Origin: Ignavibacteriota bacterium
GTDB lineage: Bacteria; Bacteroidota; Ignavibacteria; UBA10030
Direction of reading: 5' to 3'
Length of the DNA: 64,000 nucleotides
Assembly (NCBI GenBank): GCA_963727825.1
Contig: CAVSHO010000009.1
Span: forward strand, 352,001-416,000
The position numbers and the translations under genes are program-made. Shown one piece after another: positions 1 to 11,280 of this stretch (positions within the stretch are counted from its first letter, which is position 1; the number at the start of each line of letters is the position of its first letter). The notes under the pieces were generated by a model. That model was not told the DNA's origin. It did no database searches and saw only the letters and a program-made list of their open reading frames with translations.

Positions 1-151
1 TGAAGCGATTGCTATGCTCAAGCCATCGGATCTCAACCGAAAACCTGCCGGCAGTAAATTCACAAATGCATCCATTATCTCCGGTATTGCCTGCCACGAC
101 GTTTACCATACAGGTCAAATACAATTGCTTAAACGATTGATGAAGCAATGA
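1..151 (+). CDS. DinB/YfiT-like protein, 3' end only (runs off window start)
   Basis: Manual translation from base 2 gives EAIAMLKP...IACHDVYHTGQIQLLKRLMKQ*. HxxxH-GQI is the typical DinB C-terminal motif. The TGA overlaps the next ATG (ATGA). Confidence 0.7.
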   Translation, partial: EAIAMLKPSDLNRKPAGSKFTNASIISGIACHDVYHTGQIQLLKRLMKQ

Positions 152-1389
152 GCAACAACGCACCTTCTAAAAAACCAATCTGGCAAAAGACTTTTGCGGC
201 GCTGAAACATAGAAATTACCGCCTCTGGTTCTGTGGACAAATGATATCATTATTCGGCACGTGGATGCAAACAACTGCCCAGGGATTTCTTGTTTATCAA
301 GTGACACATTCTTCGGCATATCTTGGGTACGTAGGTTTTTTTTATGGCGTTCCTTCTTGGCTTTTTATGATGTACGCTGGAGTTGTTGCAGATCGCGTCT
401 CAAAACGCAAGCTTCTCATCATCACACAATCTGTGATGATGACTCTCGCATTTATTCTTGCAGCACTTGTATTCACAGACACTGTCCGAGCATGGCATAT
501 TCTTATGTTAGCATTCGGCCTGGGATTGGCTAACGCTTTTGACGCACCAGCGCGCCAGGCATTTGTATCAGAATTGGTGGACCGAGAAGATTTAACAAAT
601 GCCGTTGCGCTAAATGCAACAATGTTCAACACAGCTCTTATCGTTGGTCCGGCAATTGCCGGCGTAATTTATGCCGCTTTCGGACCTGGGTGGTGTTTTG
701 CTGTCAACGGGATATCATTCATTGCTGTCATCATCGCACTGGCAGCGATGCGTTTTCTGCCAATCAAAGAAACTTCACAACGCAGTTCTACTCTATCTGC
801 ATTAAAGGAAGGGATTAATTATGTTCGTCATCAACCGACCATTCTTGCACTCATCGGATTGGTCGCGACAGCAAGTATATTCGGAATGTCGTTAGGCACA
901 TTACTTCCTGCATGGTCGGTGAAAATACTCCATGGTAACGCAGCAACAAACGGCCTTCTCTTTTCTGCTCGCGGCGTCGGTTCTCTTTTTGGAGCATTGA
1001 CCATAGCCACGCTCGGAAGATCTCATGTCCGTGGCAAATTTATTACGTTCGGCTCCCTCTGCTTTCCCATTTTTATTACTTTCTTTGCATTAACATATTG
1101 GCTGCCGTTCTCGCTGCTATTCATGGTATTTGTTGGTATATCTATGATATTTGTTGTTAATTTTTCCAATGCCACCATACAATCGATTGTACCCGACTCG
1201 CTAAGGGGACGTGTTATGGGTGTGTACACCACGATCTTTATGGGATCGATGCCGATTGGTGCATTGATGCTCGGAACCATTGCCGAACATGCCGGTGAAG
1301 CAGAAGCGGCTTTGATAAGTGCAGCAGTGGCTTTTATTATTGCATGCCTTGTATGGTTCTTGATACCAAAAGTACGAGCGATAGAATAG
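148..1389 (+). CDS. MFS transporter (MFS_3/DHA3-like)
   Basis: 413 aa, about 12 hydrophobic segments, GVVADRVSKRK MFS motif A, AFDAPARQAFV and PDSLRGRVMG motifs. Confidence 0.9.
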   Translation: MSNNAPSKKPIWQKTFAALKHRNYRLWFCGQMISLFGTWMQTTAQGFLVYQVTHSSAYLGYVGFFYGVPSWLFMMYAGVVADRVSKRKLLIITQSVMMTLAFILAALVFTDTVRAWHILMLAFGLGLANAFDAPARQAFVSELVDREDLTNAVALNATMFNTALIVGPAIAGVIYAAFGPGWCFAVNGISFIAVIIALAAMRFLPIKETSQRSSTLSALKEGINYVRHQPTILALIGLVATASIFGMSLGTLLPAWSVKILHGNAATNGLLFSARGVGSLFGALTIATLGRSHVRGKFITFGSLCFPIFITFFALTYWLPFSLLFMVFVGISMIFVVNFSNATIQSIVPDSLRGRVMGVYTTIFMGSMPIGALMLGTIAEHAGEAEAALISAAVAFIIACLVWFLIPKVRAIE

Positions 1390-1395
1390 ATATAT

Positions 1396-1436
1396 AAAAA
1401 AAGGTGAAGCATTTATTTTCTTCTGCTTCACCCTTT
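1396..1436. terminator. Bidirectional intrinsic terminator between convergent genes
   Basis: GGTGAAGCA...TGCTTCACC stem with an A-run on the left and T's on the right. Confidence 0.6.
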
Positions 1437-1462
1437 GCAAACCCAATGTATATTATATTCTT

Positions 1463-2740
1463 CTACTGGGTGCCCAATGCGTTCACTAGCCACAAGCTTA
1501 ACTCGGGAATGTATGTAATTACCATTAAAGCGATTGCCTCAAACAAGACAAACATAATTACTGCCTTTGAAAGATGAATAATCGATTTCTCGAACCGAAG
1601 GCTGGAGAGAAACAAATTGAGTCCCATTGGCGGCATAAGGTAACCCAGCTCAAGATTTGTTAGGAAGATAATGCCAAGATGTACAGGGTTAATATTAAAA
1701 TGTTGCGCTATAGGTAAAATGATTGGAACCGAAACGATCGCCGAAAATATTTCCATCATCATACCGATAACAATGAGAAACACATTTAAAATCAGAAGAA
1801 ACATAATTTTGCTAGACACATATGTTTGCACGATTTCAAATAATCTTTGCGGCACCTGTTGATCGATCAGGAAGTTCATCAATCCTAAAGCGCAGCCCAA
1901 GATCATTAAAATAGCACCGACGAGGAGCATACTTCGTTTCATTACACGCGGGATATCACGGAAGATATGAAGATCACGATAGATGAATACTTCAACCACA
2001 AATGCATAAAACGCTGTAATTGCAGCAGCTTCCGTTGCAGTGAAGAAACCACCATAAATTCCACCGATCACGACAAAAGGCAATGGTATCTCCCAAATCG
2101 CTGCCCGTAATGAGGACCAGACGTTTTTCCAAAAGAAGGGAATTTTGGGAACCTTGTACTTGACGCTCACTCTAAAACTATATGCACATAAGAACAGAAT
2201 GAGAATAATTCCGGGAATAAGTCCGGCAACGAAAAGCTTATTAATGCTCACACCTGCAACAAATGCAAAAAGAATAATGGGAAGACTCGGCGGGAAAAGC
2301 AATCCGATGCTTCCTGAAGCCGTTACCAGTCCAAGAGAAAATTTCTCCGGGTATTTTTGTTTTATGAGAATCGGATAAAGAAGCCCGCCCAACGCAACAA
2401 TTGTTACACCGGACGCTCCAGTAAATGCTGTAAAGATTGCACAGGAGAACAGAGCTACAATCGCTAACCCTGCAGGCATCCACCCGAACAATGCTTCTGC
2501 AAGATTAACCAGTCGTTTTGGAGATTTACTTTCCGCAAGCAAATAGCCCGCAAAGGTAAACAATGGCACAGCGATGAGTGTCGGTTGATCAGCAATTTTA
2601 CTGTAAAAATCGATGATGAGGGCAGACGTATCTATATCAGCAGAGCTGAAAGCGTATAATCCCACAGCTCCAATGATCGTAAACAACGGCGCGCCAAAGA
2701 ACGCGATAAGCAGTAATCCTAAAATCAACCAGATGCTCAT
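1463..2740 (-). CDS. dctM: TRAP transporter large permease (DctM family)
   Basis: 425 aa, very hydrophobic; LIAVPLFTFAG, GLLFPPSLP, GFFTATEAAA and PPMGLNLF motifs. Confidence 0.92.
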   Translation of the reverse strand: MSIWLILGLLLIAFFGAPLFTIIGAVGLYAFSSADIDTSALIIDFYSKIADQPTLIAVPLFTFAGYLLAESKSPKRLVNLAEALFGWMPAGLAIVALFSCAIFTAFTGASGVTIVALGGLLYPILIKQKYPEKFSLGLVTASGSIGLLFPPSLPIILFAFVAGVSINKLFVAGLIPGIILILFLCAYSFRVSVKYKVPKIPFFWKNVWSSLRAAIWEIPLPFVVIGGIYGGFFTATEAAAITAFYAFVVEVFIYRDLHIFRDIPRVMKRSMLLVGAILMILGCALGLMNFLIDQQVPQRLFEIVQTYVSSKIMFLLILNVFLIVIGMMMEIFSAIVSVPIILPIAQHFNINPVHLGIIFLTNLELGYLMPPMGLNLFLSSLRFEKSIIHLSKAVIMFVLFEAIALMVITYIPELSLWLVNALGTQ

Positions 2741-3231
2741 TCACCACCGCCTTTCGTGAGAGCATGTCCCCGGATTATTGCCCGGATGGCAAAATGTACT
2801 ACTAGCAGTCCAAAGCCGACCGGAATAATGATCTGGGCATACCACACGGGGATATTCTGATACATCATTTGTCCTGCCGCTTTTTCGGATTCAACAAAAA
2901 CCCGGGCAGCATTCATCAGAAAGTAACAGACAATCGCGGCGAAGAGGTCTGTAATAGCATCAACAGCAGAGCGAATACGAGGAGGAAGGAATCGCCGAAG
3001 GGCATCGATATTGATATGCCGTTTTTCACTGGTGGCAATTGCAGCACCAAGAAATCCAATCCAGAGGACAAGGTGTCGTAATAAAACATCTGCGCCATTG
3101 ATACCCGTATGGAATACATTTCGCAGCATGACCTGGCTGAATGCGACCAGCACCATGATAGAAAGCATCAGAATAAGCAGGGCGCCTTCAACTTTGTTGA
3201 GAGCAAGATCAAAAGATTTAAGTATCTTCAT
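2737..3231 (-). CDS. dctQ: TRAP transporter small permease (DctQ family)
   Basis: 164 aa, 4 TM segments, LWIGFLGA...HINID motif; lies between dctP and dctM with 4-bp overlaps. Confidence 0.9.
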   Translation of the reverse strand: MKILKSFDLALNKVEGALLILMLSIMVLVAFSQVMLRNVFHTGINGADVLLRHLVLWIGFLGAAIATSEKRHINIDALRRFLPPRIRSAVDAITDLFAAIVCYFLMNAARVFVESEKAAGQMMYQNIPVWYAQIIIPVGFGLLVVHFAIRAIIRGHALTKGGGE

Positions 3232-4235
3232 TTAGATTTACGGCTCTTTCTATAATCAGCAACTTCATTTTCTACGCGTTTTAAAAATCCTTCATCATAT
3301 AGTTTGCCGAGAAGCATTCTACGCGCGCGGGTGCCTGTTTCAATATATTCTTTTGTTGCTTTTGCATCTGCCTTAGTAAAAATAATGCCTCGCTTTTTTA
3401 ATTCAATCAACGAATTCTGGTTGTCCTTACGCCCAAGCTCAGTAAGCTTATTCATGTAGATTTTTCCATTACGAAGAAGAATTTCTTTGAGATCAGCGGG
3501 CAGGTTGTCGAAAAACTTTTTTGAGATGACAACAGCACCGGTCGAACAAGTTAATGGGAAATCGACGACATACTTCGCTTGTGTATACCATTGCAACGAA
3601 ATTCCTGCATAAGGCGTTGTATAGAACGCATTGATCAATCCCGTTTGAAGAGAAGTATAGACGTTATCGATGGAAAGTGGAATAGGCGTAAGGCCAATGG
3701 CAGCAAATGCGGTTTCAGCAACCGGGTCGCCTTCCCATACCCACATTTTCTGCTGCTTAATATCTGAAGGCTGCATAATTGGCGTCTTGCTGAACACATA
3801 CACAAATCCAATTTCAACTAAACCAAGTAATTCGTATCCGTTTGCTTCAAATGCCCCGCGAATTTCTCCGTCAAATTTATTATACAGATTATCGGCTTCA
3901 TCGCTCGTTTGAATGAGGAAGGGTGCATCGAACAATCGAATCTTCGGCGCTATTTCGCCAAGTCCGACACCTGTGAATCCGGCTGCGTGCAATTGGCCAA
4001 CAGAAATTTTTCGCACCACCGTTTTTTCATCTCCCTGTACCATACCCGGATACATTTTGAACCCAAGGCGTCCACCGCTCTCTTGCCGGATTGTTTTATC
4101 ATATTCATGCATCACATTCATCCATGTAGTACCTTCTGGAGAAATAGAAGCGAATTTGATTAAATATTGCTGGGAAAAGCAAGTGTAGAAGTAAAAGGTA
4201 AAAAGTAAAAAGTAACTTAAGTGTTTAATATTCAT
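3228..4235 (-). CDS. dctP: TRAP substrate-binding protein (DctP/TatP type)
   Basis: Signal peptide, IKFASISPEGTTW, GVQGDE-like motif, VYTSLQTGLINA. Confidence 0.88.
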   Translation of the reverse strand: MNIKHLSYFLLFTFYFYTCFSQQYLIKFASISPEGTTWMNVMHEYDKTIRQESGGRLGFKMYPGMVQGDEKTVVRKISVGQLHAAGFTGVGLGEIAPKIRLFDAPFLIQTSDEADNLYNKFDGEIRGAFEANGYELLGLVEIGFVYVFSKTPIMQPSDIKQQKMWVWEGDPVAETAFAAIGLTPIPLSIDNVYTSLQTGLINAFYTTPYAGISLQWYTQAKYVVDFPLTCSTGAVVISKKFFDNLPADLKEILLRNGKIYMNKLTELGRKDNQNSLIELKKRGIIFTKADAKATKEYIETGTRARRMLLGKLYDEGFLKRVENEVADYRKSRKSK

Positions 4236-4269
4236 TGTAATCCTTTGGGTTTTATTATTTCTTCATGCT

Positions 4270-5127
4270 CTAAAATAATTCACTCTCTTGAACTAACAAT
4301 CGTTGCGCCTTTTGCTTTGCGATAACATTCGCAAGCCGAATTTCAGGCACATCGTCTATTGAAGCAGCTTCAACTTGTTTCAGTAACGACTCAAATAACG
4401 ATTGATTCTGAGTTGCTACCGCATACGTCTTTGCATAATACAATTGCGTCATTAAAAACTTGCCGCCGTTTATTGTCAGACATTTCTCAAAATACTCTTT
4501 CGCTTTGTCGGGATTTCCGCCGAGCGCCCGAGGTGTGGCACCTTCTAAAACACCGAGAAATAAATATGCCCCGCCATGGTAGAACGATGGATCTTTTTCT
4601 GCCACAAATTCGATAAGAGCTTGCACTTTGTTCAAATCAGCAAGACCCGCAACATCTGTGCGTGTGATATTGACGTAACTACCCCAGCTAAATGCCGTCC
4701 AGAAAATTGCAGGTACATCTTCTTTATCAAATGTTTTTACTGCCTCTCGGAATGTTGTATTATCGCCATCCAATGCATCTTTAAATTTCTTGTTTTTCAA
4801 CAGAATATGCATCCCATATTCTTTTGCGCGCAAATAAAAAACACGGGCACGTTCTACGCTATCATCCTCACAAAACGCCAGCGCATAGGAATTATACCCC
4901 TGTGCAGCAAATAAAAGAAATTGCTCGTTCTCCGGATCGCTCTTGATCATTGCCTCGATCAGTTTGAGATTACTTCCGAGTGCTTCATGTGCTAGTTGTA
5001 GATCGGATTCCTCATTAAACGATGCCAATCCATTATCGAGAATTCCACCCATTGAACGCAACGCAATGGTCTGGATGCATCCCTCTAAGAGAAATGCTGC
5101 CGCCAGAAGCAACAATACATGCTTCAT
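4270..5127 (-). CDS. TRAP transporter T-component lipoprotein (TatT family)
   Basis: Lipobox LLEGC; TPR-like helices; RARVFYLRAKEYG and GGNPDKAKEYFE motifs; first gene of the TRAP operon. Confidence 0.85.
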   Translation of the reverse strand: MKHVLLLLAAAFLLEGCIQTIALRSMGGILDNGLASFNEESDLQLAHEALGSNLKLIEAMIKSDPENEQFLLFAAQGYNSYALAFCEDDSVERARVFYLRAKEYGMHILLKNKKFKDALDGDNTTFREAVKTFDKEDVPAIFWTAFSWGSYVNITRTDVAGLADLNKVQALIEFVAEKDPSFYHGGAYLFLGVLEGATPRALGGNPDKAKEYFEKCLTINGGKFLMTQLYYAKTYAVATQNQSLFESLLKQVEAASIDDVPEIRLANVIAKQKAQRLLVQESELF

Positions 5128-5371
5128 ATCACCATCCTATAATTACTATGTATAAAAAAATATAGGAAAAAAATGTGTGTGATTCAAAGACGACAAGATG
5201 AAGAGTTTTTCATCTGCGATCAAGTACGCTGAGAAATATTTGTTCCTTGTATATTTCTAGCTGCTCTTACTTATTGGGCATTTGTTTGAGGAAATGCGGT
5301 CAATTAACAGAGGATTGAACTTGTATAGAGAACGAAGGTGGTCTTTACGATAAAGATGATTTATATTTACT

Positions 5372-7045
5372 ATGTTGGATATTAAAATCGATCTCATTAG
5401 AGAGAAAACGATTATGAAAACATCATCCCTGAAGACCTTACCGGCTTGGAAAGCATTAGAAGCACATTACGCTAAGGTGCGATCTATGCATTTGCGGCAA
5501 TTATTTGACAATGATCCTAAGCGCGGAGAACAGTTTACCGCTGAAGCAGCGGGGTTGTATCTTGATTTTTCTAAAAATCGAATTACTGATGAAACGATTC
5601 CTTTACTGATACAACTTGCGGAGGCATGCGGTTTACGTCAGAGTATCGATGCAATGTTTAGCGGCGAGAAAATCAATACAACCGAACAGCGGGCTGTGCT
5701 TCATACCGCATTGCGCGCCCCAAGGGGGAAGAAAATTCTGGTGGATGGTACGGATGTAGTTCCTGAAGTGCACGCCGTACTCGAGCGAATGGAAGTGTTC
5801 GCAAATAAAGTCCGTAACGGCGAATGGCGAGGATATTCAGGCAAACCAATACGCAATATTGTCAACATAGGCATTGGAGGGTCTGACTTAGGTCCCGTAA
5901 TGGCGTACGAAGCATTACGATTTTACAGTCAAAGGGATATGACCTTCCGTTTTATCTCTAACGTGGATGGCTCCGACTTTGCAGAAGCGACACGTGATCT
6001 TAATCCCGGGGAAACGTTGTTCATTATTTGTTCAAAGACATTTACAACGGTAGAGACATTGGCGAATGCCAACAATGCACGCGCTTGGTGTTTGAAAGCA
6101 CTTAGTGATGAGAAAGCGGTGAGCAACCATTTTGTTGCCATTTCGACTAATGGCAAAGAGGTAGCAGCATTCGGTATCGATACTGCAAATATGTTCGGGT
6201 TTTGGGACTGGGTAGGCGGACGCTATTCGATGGATTCGGCGATCGGACTTTCGACAATGATTGCTGTTGGGCCGGAACGCTTTCGTGCTCTACTTGATGG
6301 ATTCTATGCGATGGATGAGCATTTTAGATCGGCGCCGTTCGAGAAGAATCTACCGGTACTTATGGGATTGCTGACAGTGTGGTATACGAATTTCTTTGGC
6401 GCCGAAACAACTGCTGTGCTGCCGTACGATCAATACCTTAAACGACTTCCCGCATACCTGCAGCAATTGACGATGGAAAGCAACGGCAAGCATATTACAC
6501 TTGACGGTGTGAACGTCGATTACCAAACGAGTCCGATTTACTGGGGCGAACCGGGCACCAATGGACAACATTCATTTTTCCAGCTTCTGCACCAGGGGAC
6601 AAAATTAGTACCGTGCGATTTTATCGGTTTCTGCCAAACTTTGAATCCCGTAGGAAGCCAGCATGCGATGCTCATGGCAAATTTCCTTGCGCAAACAGAA
6701 GCACTTGCGTTCGGGAAAACGGAAGAGGAAGTAAAAACAGACGGAACATCTGCTTGGTTAGCGCCTCACCGTGTGTTTGAAGGAAACAGGCCGACCAACA
6801 CTATTTTTGCAGAAAAGTTGACGCCGGAAGTGCTTGGAGCATTGATCGCCCTCTACGAGCATAGCGTTTATACTCAAGGAGTCATCTGGAACATTGATTC
6901 ATTTGACCAGTGGGGAGTTGAACTCGGCAAAGTACTGGCGAAACGAATGATACCAGAACTTGAAAATACGGATGAACCTGTGCTGAAGCACGACAGTTCC
7001 ACGAATACACTCATACGAAGATACAGGAAATTCAATTCATATTAA
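5372..7045 (+). CDS. pgi: Glucose-6-phosphate isomerase (true start may be 5414)
   Basis: [32 protein letters not shown] and [10 protein letters not shown] signatures. Confidence 0.97.
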   Translation: MLDIKIDLIREKTIMKTSSLKTLPAWKALEAHYAKVRSMHLRQLFDNDPKRGEQFTAEAAGLYLDFSKNRITDETIPLLIQLAEACGLRQSIDAMFSGEKINTTEQRAVLHTALRAPRGKKILVDGTDVVPEVHAVLERMEVFANKVRNGEWRGYSGKPIRNIVNIGIGGSDLGPVMAYEALRFYSQRDMTFRFISNVDGSDFAEATRDLNPGETLFIICSKTFTTVETLANANNARAWCLKALSDEKAVSNHFVAISTNGKEVAAFGIDTANMFGFWDWVGGRYSMDSAIGLSTMIAVGPERFRALLDGFYAMDEHFRSAPFEKNLPVLMGLLTVWYTNFFGAETTAVLPYDQYLKRLPAYLQQLTMESNGKHITLDGVNVDYQTSPIYWGEPGTNGQHSFFQLLHQGTKLVPCDFIGFCQTLNPVGSQHAMLMANFLAQTEALAFGKTEEEVKTDGTSAWLAPHRVFEGNRPTNTIFAEKLTPEVLGALIALYEHSVYTQGVIWNIDSFDQWGVELGKVLAKRMIPELENTDEPVLKHDSSTNTLIRRYRKFNSY

Positions 7046-7195
7046 CATGAAGGAGAAATGACTTGGCTTTATTCTTATTACTCAAGTTATTCTACCCCAT
7101 CATCTTTTTACATTCTCCATTTGACACTTTTCCGATAAACGAGTAACTTCACCCTGCAATAAAAATTTAATAACCTCACCAAGAACAGGATCGTT

Positions 7196-7930
7196 ATGCG
7201 CATCCTCGTAATTGAAGACGAATTAAAAGTTGCCCGTTTCCTAAAAAAAGGTCTGGAAGCCGAAAGATATGAAGTAGAAACTGCTGCTGATGGAAAATCC
7301 GGCGAGAAGTTAGCCCGCACCGAAGCATACGACCTAATCCTGCTCGATGTCCTATTGCCCAAAAAGGATGGCTTTGAAATATTACGCGACCTTCGCAAAG
7401 ATGAAATCCGAACTCCTATATTGATGCTGACCGCGCGAAGCACAACTGAGGATATAGTTGGTGGATTGGATCAAGGCGCAGATGATTATTTAACAAAACC
7501 ATTCGCCTTCACTGAATTGTTGGCGCGCATCCGATCTCTCATGCGCCGGGGAACAGTTAAGACAAAACTCAAATATATCGATCTGACATTGGACACGATC
7601 GCACACAAAGCCAGCCGTTCCGGTAAACAGATCGAATTAACCGCCCGCGAATATGCTTTAATAGAATACTTTATGTGCAACCGTGGCAAATTGATTTCGC
7701 GACAGGAACTAGCAAAAGAAATTTGGGGATATAATTTTGATCCCGGAACAAATGTTGTTGATGTATACGTGAATCATTTGCGGAATAAAATAGATACTGA
7801 TTTCACAGTGAAGCTTCTACAAACAGAACGCGGCAAAGGGTACTACCTTTCAGACAAGAAGATTACATTCAAGCCCGCCAAGCAAACGGTGACCTACCCC
7901 GAAAAATTCGGGGCAGGCAAGTCGACATGA
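7196..7930 (+). CDS. OmpR-family response regulator (CusR/CzcR-like)
   Basis: Receiver (IEDE, LLDVLLP, GADDYLTKPF) plus winged helix (TNVVDVYVNHLRNKID). Confidence 0.93.
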   Translation: MRILVIEDELKVARFLKKGLEAERYEVETAADGKSGEKLARTEAYDLILLDVLLPKKDGFEILRDLRKDEIRTPILMLTARSTTEDIVGGLDQGADDYLTKPFAFTELLARIRSLMRRGTVKTKLKYIDLTLDTIAHKASRSGKQIELTAREYALIEYFMCNRGKLISRQELAKEIWGYNFDPGTNVVDVYVNHLRNKIDTDFTVKLLQTERGKGYYLSDKKITFKPAKQTVTYPEKFGAGKST

Positions 7931-9414
7931 CAATTCTTCACTCCATCCGTACCAAGCTTTCGCTGTGGTACGCTGCAATTCTTGGTGTCACACTTCTCGG
8001 CTCAGGTGTTATTGCATATTTTGCATCGCGATCCTCGCTCCGTGATAATCTGGACTATTCCTTAAAGAATGAAGTGGAATGGGTGAACGAATTCATCGGA
8101 CCGCAAGCTAAGAAAGTAAAAATAAAACGCGCCGCACTCAAAGAACTGCAAGAACTTAAACGCACAGCCGCACAGCAGGAAGAGCAGCCGGAAGTAATTG
8201 ATACAAGCGCCGGTAAACGTACTGAAATAGATGAAATGTGGAATCAAATTTATCAGCACACTCTGCTGAGTCCACGTCGGCATTATATTCAAATTCTTGA
8301 CCGCAACGGCGACTTGCTGTACCGATCTCAAAGCCTCCGTGGGCACACGCTTAGCTACAACGAGATTCCATATCAATGGATCAATGTCGTCAGTACGAAG
8401 GGTCCGGATAATCAGGATATTCGCCTTGCATTGACACAAAACGATTATGTCAAAATTTTTGTGGCGTACCCGCTGGAACCGATCTATGAAGTTACGGATA
8501 ATGTCTTCTACAATTTTCTTTTTATCACACCATTTGCATTATTGATCTCTATTATCGGCGGATGGTTTCTGGCGCACAAATCACTCAAGCCTGTAGACGA
8601 ACTGACGAAGACTGCAAAAGAAATTACCGCGCAAAATCTTAGCCGCCGGCTTCCAACGCTCCGTGCCGATGACGAACTTAGCCGGCTCACAGAACAATTC
8701 AACGATATGATCAGCCGGCTCCAGGCATCATTCGCACAAATCCAGCAGTTTTCTGCCGATGCATCGCACGAATTGCGCACACCGCTCACGATTATGCGCG
8801 GCGAAATAGAAGTAGCGCTTCGCAACCAACGATTGTCTAAAGATTCACGCGAACTGCTCAACAGCATCAATGATGAACTTATCCGGCTTTCTTCTATTGT
8901 AGAAAGCTTAATGATTCTTGTTAAATCTGATACAGGTAGATTAGTGTTCAATGTGCAGCCAATAGCTCTTGATGAGTTCATAGAAGAACTTTTTGAAGAA
9001 ACGAAAGTACTTGCCGAATCAAAAAAAATAAAGGTGAAATTAGAAAGCTCACAGCCAATCCGAATCAATGGCGATGCAGTGCGCTTGAAGCAGCTCTTCC
9101 TCAATCTTATCGATAACGCCTTAAAGTACACGCCGCCGCGAGGACAAGTTACGCTGACACTCACAAAAAAAGAAGGCGACGCCGTATTGTCGGTGAAGGA
9201 TAACGGCATGGGTATTCCACGGAAAGACCTGACCAAAATATTTGAGCGCTTTTATCGCGTGGATAGAAGTGAAGATACCATTGAAGACGCAGGCGGCAGC
9301 GGGCTCGGTCTCTCGATCGCTAAATGGATTACTGAAGCACACAACGGCTCAATCGAAGTGAAAAGCAGAGAAGGTAAAGGCAGTACGTTTATCGTAAGAT
9401 TACCTTCGCTCTAG
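7927..9414 (+). CDS. HAMP-domain sensor histidine kinase (CusS/CzcS-like)
   Basis: Two TM segments, HAMP, H-box ASHELRTPL, N-box NLIDNALKY, G-boxes DNGMG and GSGLGL. Confidence 0.93.
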   Translation: MTILHSIRTKLSLWYAAILGVTLLGSGVIAYFASRSSLRDNLDYSLKNEVEWVNEFIGPQAKKVKIKRAALKELQELKRTAAQQEEQPEVIDTSAGKRTEIDEMWNQIYQHTLLSPRRHYIQILDRNGDLLYRSQSLRGHTLSYNEIPYQWINVVSTKGPDNQDIRLALTQNDYVKIFVAYPLEPIYEVTDNVFYNFLFITPFALLISIIGGWFLAHKSLKPVDELTKTAKEITAQNLSRRLPTLRADDELSRLTEQFNDMISRLQASFAQIQQFSADASHELRTPLTIMRGEIEVALRNQRLSKDSRELLNSINDELIRLSSIVESLMILVKSDTGRLVFNVQPIALDEFIEELFEETKVLAESKKIKVKLESSQPIRINGDAVRLKQLFLNLIDNALKYTPPRGQVTLTLTKKEGDAVLSVKDNGMGIPRKDLTKIFERFYRVDRSEDTIEDAGGSGLGLSIAKWITEAHNGSIEVKSREGKGSTFIVRLPSL

Positions 9415-9488
9415 TAGAGTCCAGTCATTGACTAGACTTTATTTCCATTGTTTTCCTTAAGTCGTCCAATCTGATGATCGGACTCTAC
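9414..9488. repeat. 75-bp REP-like palindromic element, copy 1
   Basis: GTAGAGTCC...GGACTCTAC terminal inverted repeat; same length and clearly similar to 12735-12809. Confidence 0.8.
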
Positions 9489-9492
9489 CGAT

Positions 9493-9576
9493 ACTGATGT
9501 CCATAAAGGCTCAATCGAAGTAAAATGCAGAGAAGGCAAAGGCAGTACACTTATCGAGCGGTTTTCCATATTATAA
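9493..9576 (+). pseudogene. Diverged duplicate of the last 28 codons of the upstream kinase
   Basis: Reads TDVHKGSIEVKCREGKGSTLIERFSIL* versus TEAHNGSIEVKSREGKGSTFIVRLPSL* at 9331-9414. Confidence 0.8.
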
Positions 9577-9621
9577 AAACCAATTCAATGCAAAAGTGCG
9601 ATATGCTCAACACTATTTTTT

Positions 9622-10789
9622 TTACACCAGAGGTAAGGCTATTTCTATTTGAATGCGGTTATCTGTATTGACATTCACATGGAAAGCGCCCCCTTGAGCT
9701 TCAATGATTCTTCGTGAAATTGCAAGATCTAAAGTGATTTCCATTGAGGTGTTATTGATATTTTTCCACTCGGTTTCCATTTCGGTCATTCCTACCAAAA
9801 GTCCGTCAGAAGTCATCGAACGATTTGAGTACTCGATTGTACAAAGCACACATTCAGATTGATCTCCATTCAAACCGATTTGAGATTTCGAGAGCGTTAC
9901 ATTCAGGAGATCCCCTTGTTTTGAAGCATTTATCCCAATCTCAAAAATGCTATTCAAGACTTGCTCAACTCGTTCAGCGTCACATTTTACATGGGGGAGC
10001 TGAGAATCGTTTAATTGCTTAAACACAATTTTCTTTTCTAAAATGCAAGACTCATATCGGTCGGTTATCCGTTTTATTAACGAACCAAGATCCGTCTCTG
10101 TTTGGCGTAGAAGAAAAAATCCATCTGTGTGATCGTATTCTTTTACATTTTCTTCATCTTTGAGTGCACAATCTGCACATTTATGAGAACGATCGCACAC
10201 TGCAAAATCATTGACCTTTGTGCTTTCTCTCAGTGTATGAGCAATTTGATCATTGATATCGAGTGCATACGAGAGCAACGCCCTATCTTTCTCAGATAAC
10301 ACAGATCCCATTGACTCAAGCGTATGGTTCATTATGAATTGAATACTTCGCAGTGATCCTCGTACATCAAACAACACGGTGGACTGCCATAAATTTCGGA
10401 GCGCTGAGAATCGTTGTTCAGAATTACGCACACGAAGCAACGAATTAATTCGCGAGACCAATTCTGTAAGATCGATGGGTTTTAATAAATAGTCTTTTGC
10501 CCCCTTTTCTATACACTCTGTAGCCATAGAATAATCGTCAATGCGCAGTCAACATAACCACGTCTGTATAAGGATGTTTTGCCGTAATAAATTCCAACAC
10601 TTGTATTCCATTCATGAGCGGCATTTTGATATCCAGAAGCACGATATCATAAGTTTTTTGTTCGATACGAGTCAGCGCCTCCTCACCATTCGCCGCTGTG
10701 TCGACATCATACCCCTGTGATTTAAGTTTGTATTGACTGGACAGTGCAATTGCTGCCTGGTCGTCAACGACAAGAATTGAAGCTTTCAT
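9622..10789 (-). pseudogene. Receiver plus degenerate histidine kinase hybrid, split by a +1 frameshift near 10542
   Basis: ORFs 10538-10789 and 9622-10527 are two halves of one receiver domain. Removing one base gives MLTA-IDDYSMATECIEKGAKDYLLKP. The H-box lacks His (VLFDVRGSL). Confidence 0.75.
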
Positions 10790-10851
10790 TCAAACACCTC
10801 TTTCTAACGACATATTAGTATTCCTATTAAAATCCTAAATCCTTTGGTTCA

Positions 10852-11241
10852 CTAAGAACCGATATATTTCTGAATAGTGTTCAGCAATTCCTCCGGATCC
10901 ATTGGTTTCGTATAATGCTCTACGCAACCAATCGAGCGCGTACGCGCAATATCTTCCGGACGAGCTTGAGCTGTAAACGCAACGATCGGGATTGAACGGT
11001 ACAATAGATCTCTTTTGATGACAGACACAGCCATATAACCATCCATAACAGGCATTTGCATGTCCATCAATATCAGATCAGGCCGTTTTATCTTGAGAGA
11101 ATCGATCGCTTCCTGACCGTTCATTGCAACTACACACTCGATGTCGATGCGGCTGCGAGCTATAACAAATTTCACTAATTCACGATTATCTTCGTCGTCA
11201 TCGACTATTAGAACAACTTTGCTCATTGAATGAACCTCCAT
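10852..11241 (-). CDS. Single-domain response regulator (DivK/CheY-like)
   Basis: IVDDD, LMDMQMPVMDG, AFTA, YTKP. Confidence 0.9.
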   Translation of the reverse strand: MEVHSMSKVVLIVDDDEDNRELVKFVIARSRIDIECVVAMNGQEAIDSLKIKRPDLILMDMQMPVMDGYMAVSVIKRDLLYRSIPIVAFTAQARPEDIARTRSIGCVEHYTKPMDPEELLNTIQKYIGS

Positions 11242-11280
11242 GTGAGCGCTGAGTGATAAAAATATTTTCTTTTTGAACGA

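Noticed and set aside
8508-9236. Long antisense ORFs (also 54293-54955, 43670-44209, 27353-27865 and many shorter ones)
   Set aside because: Shadow frames opposite well-supported genes, with no motifs.
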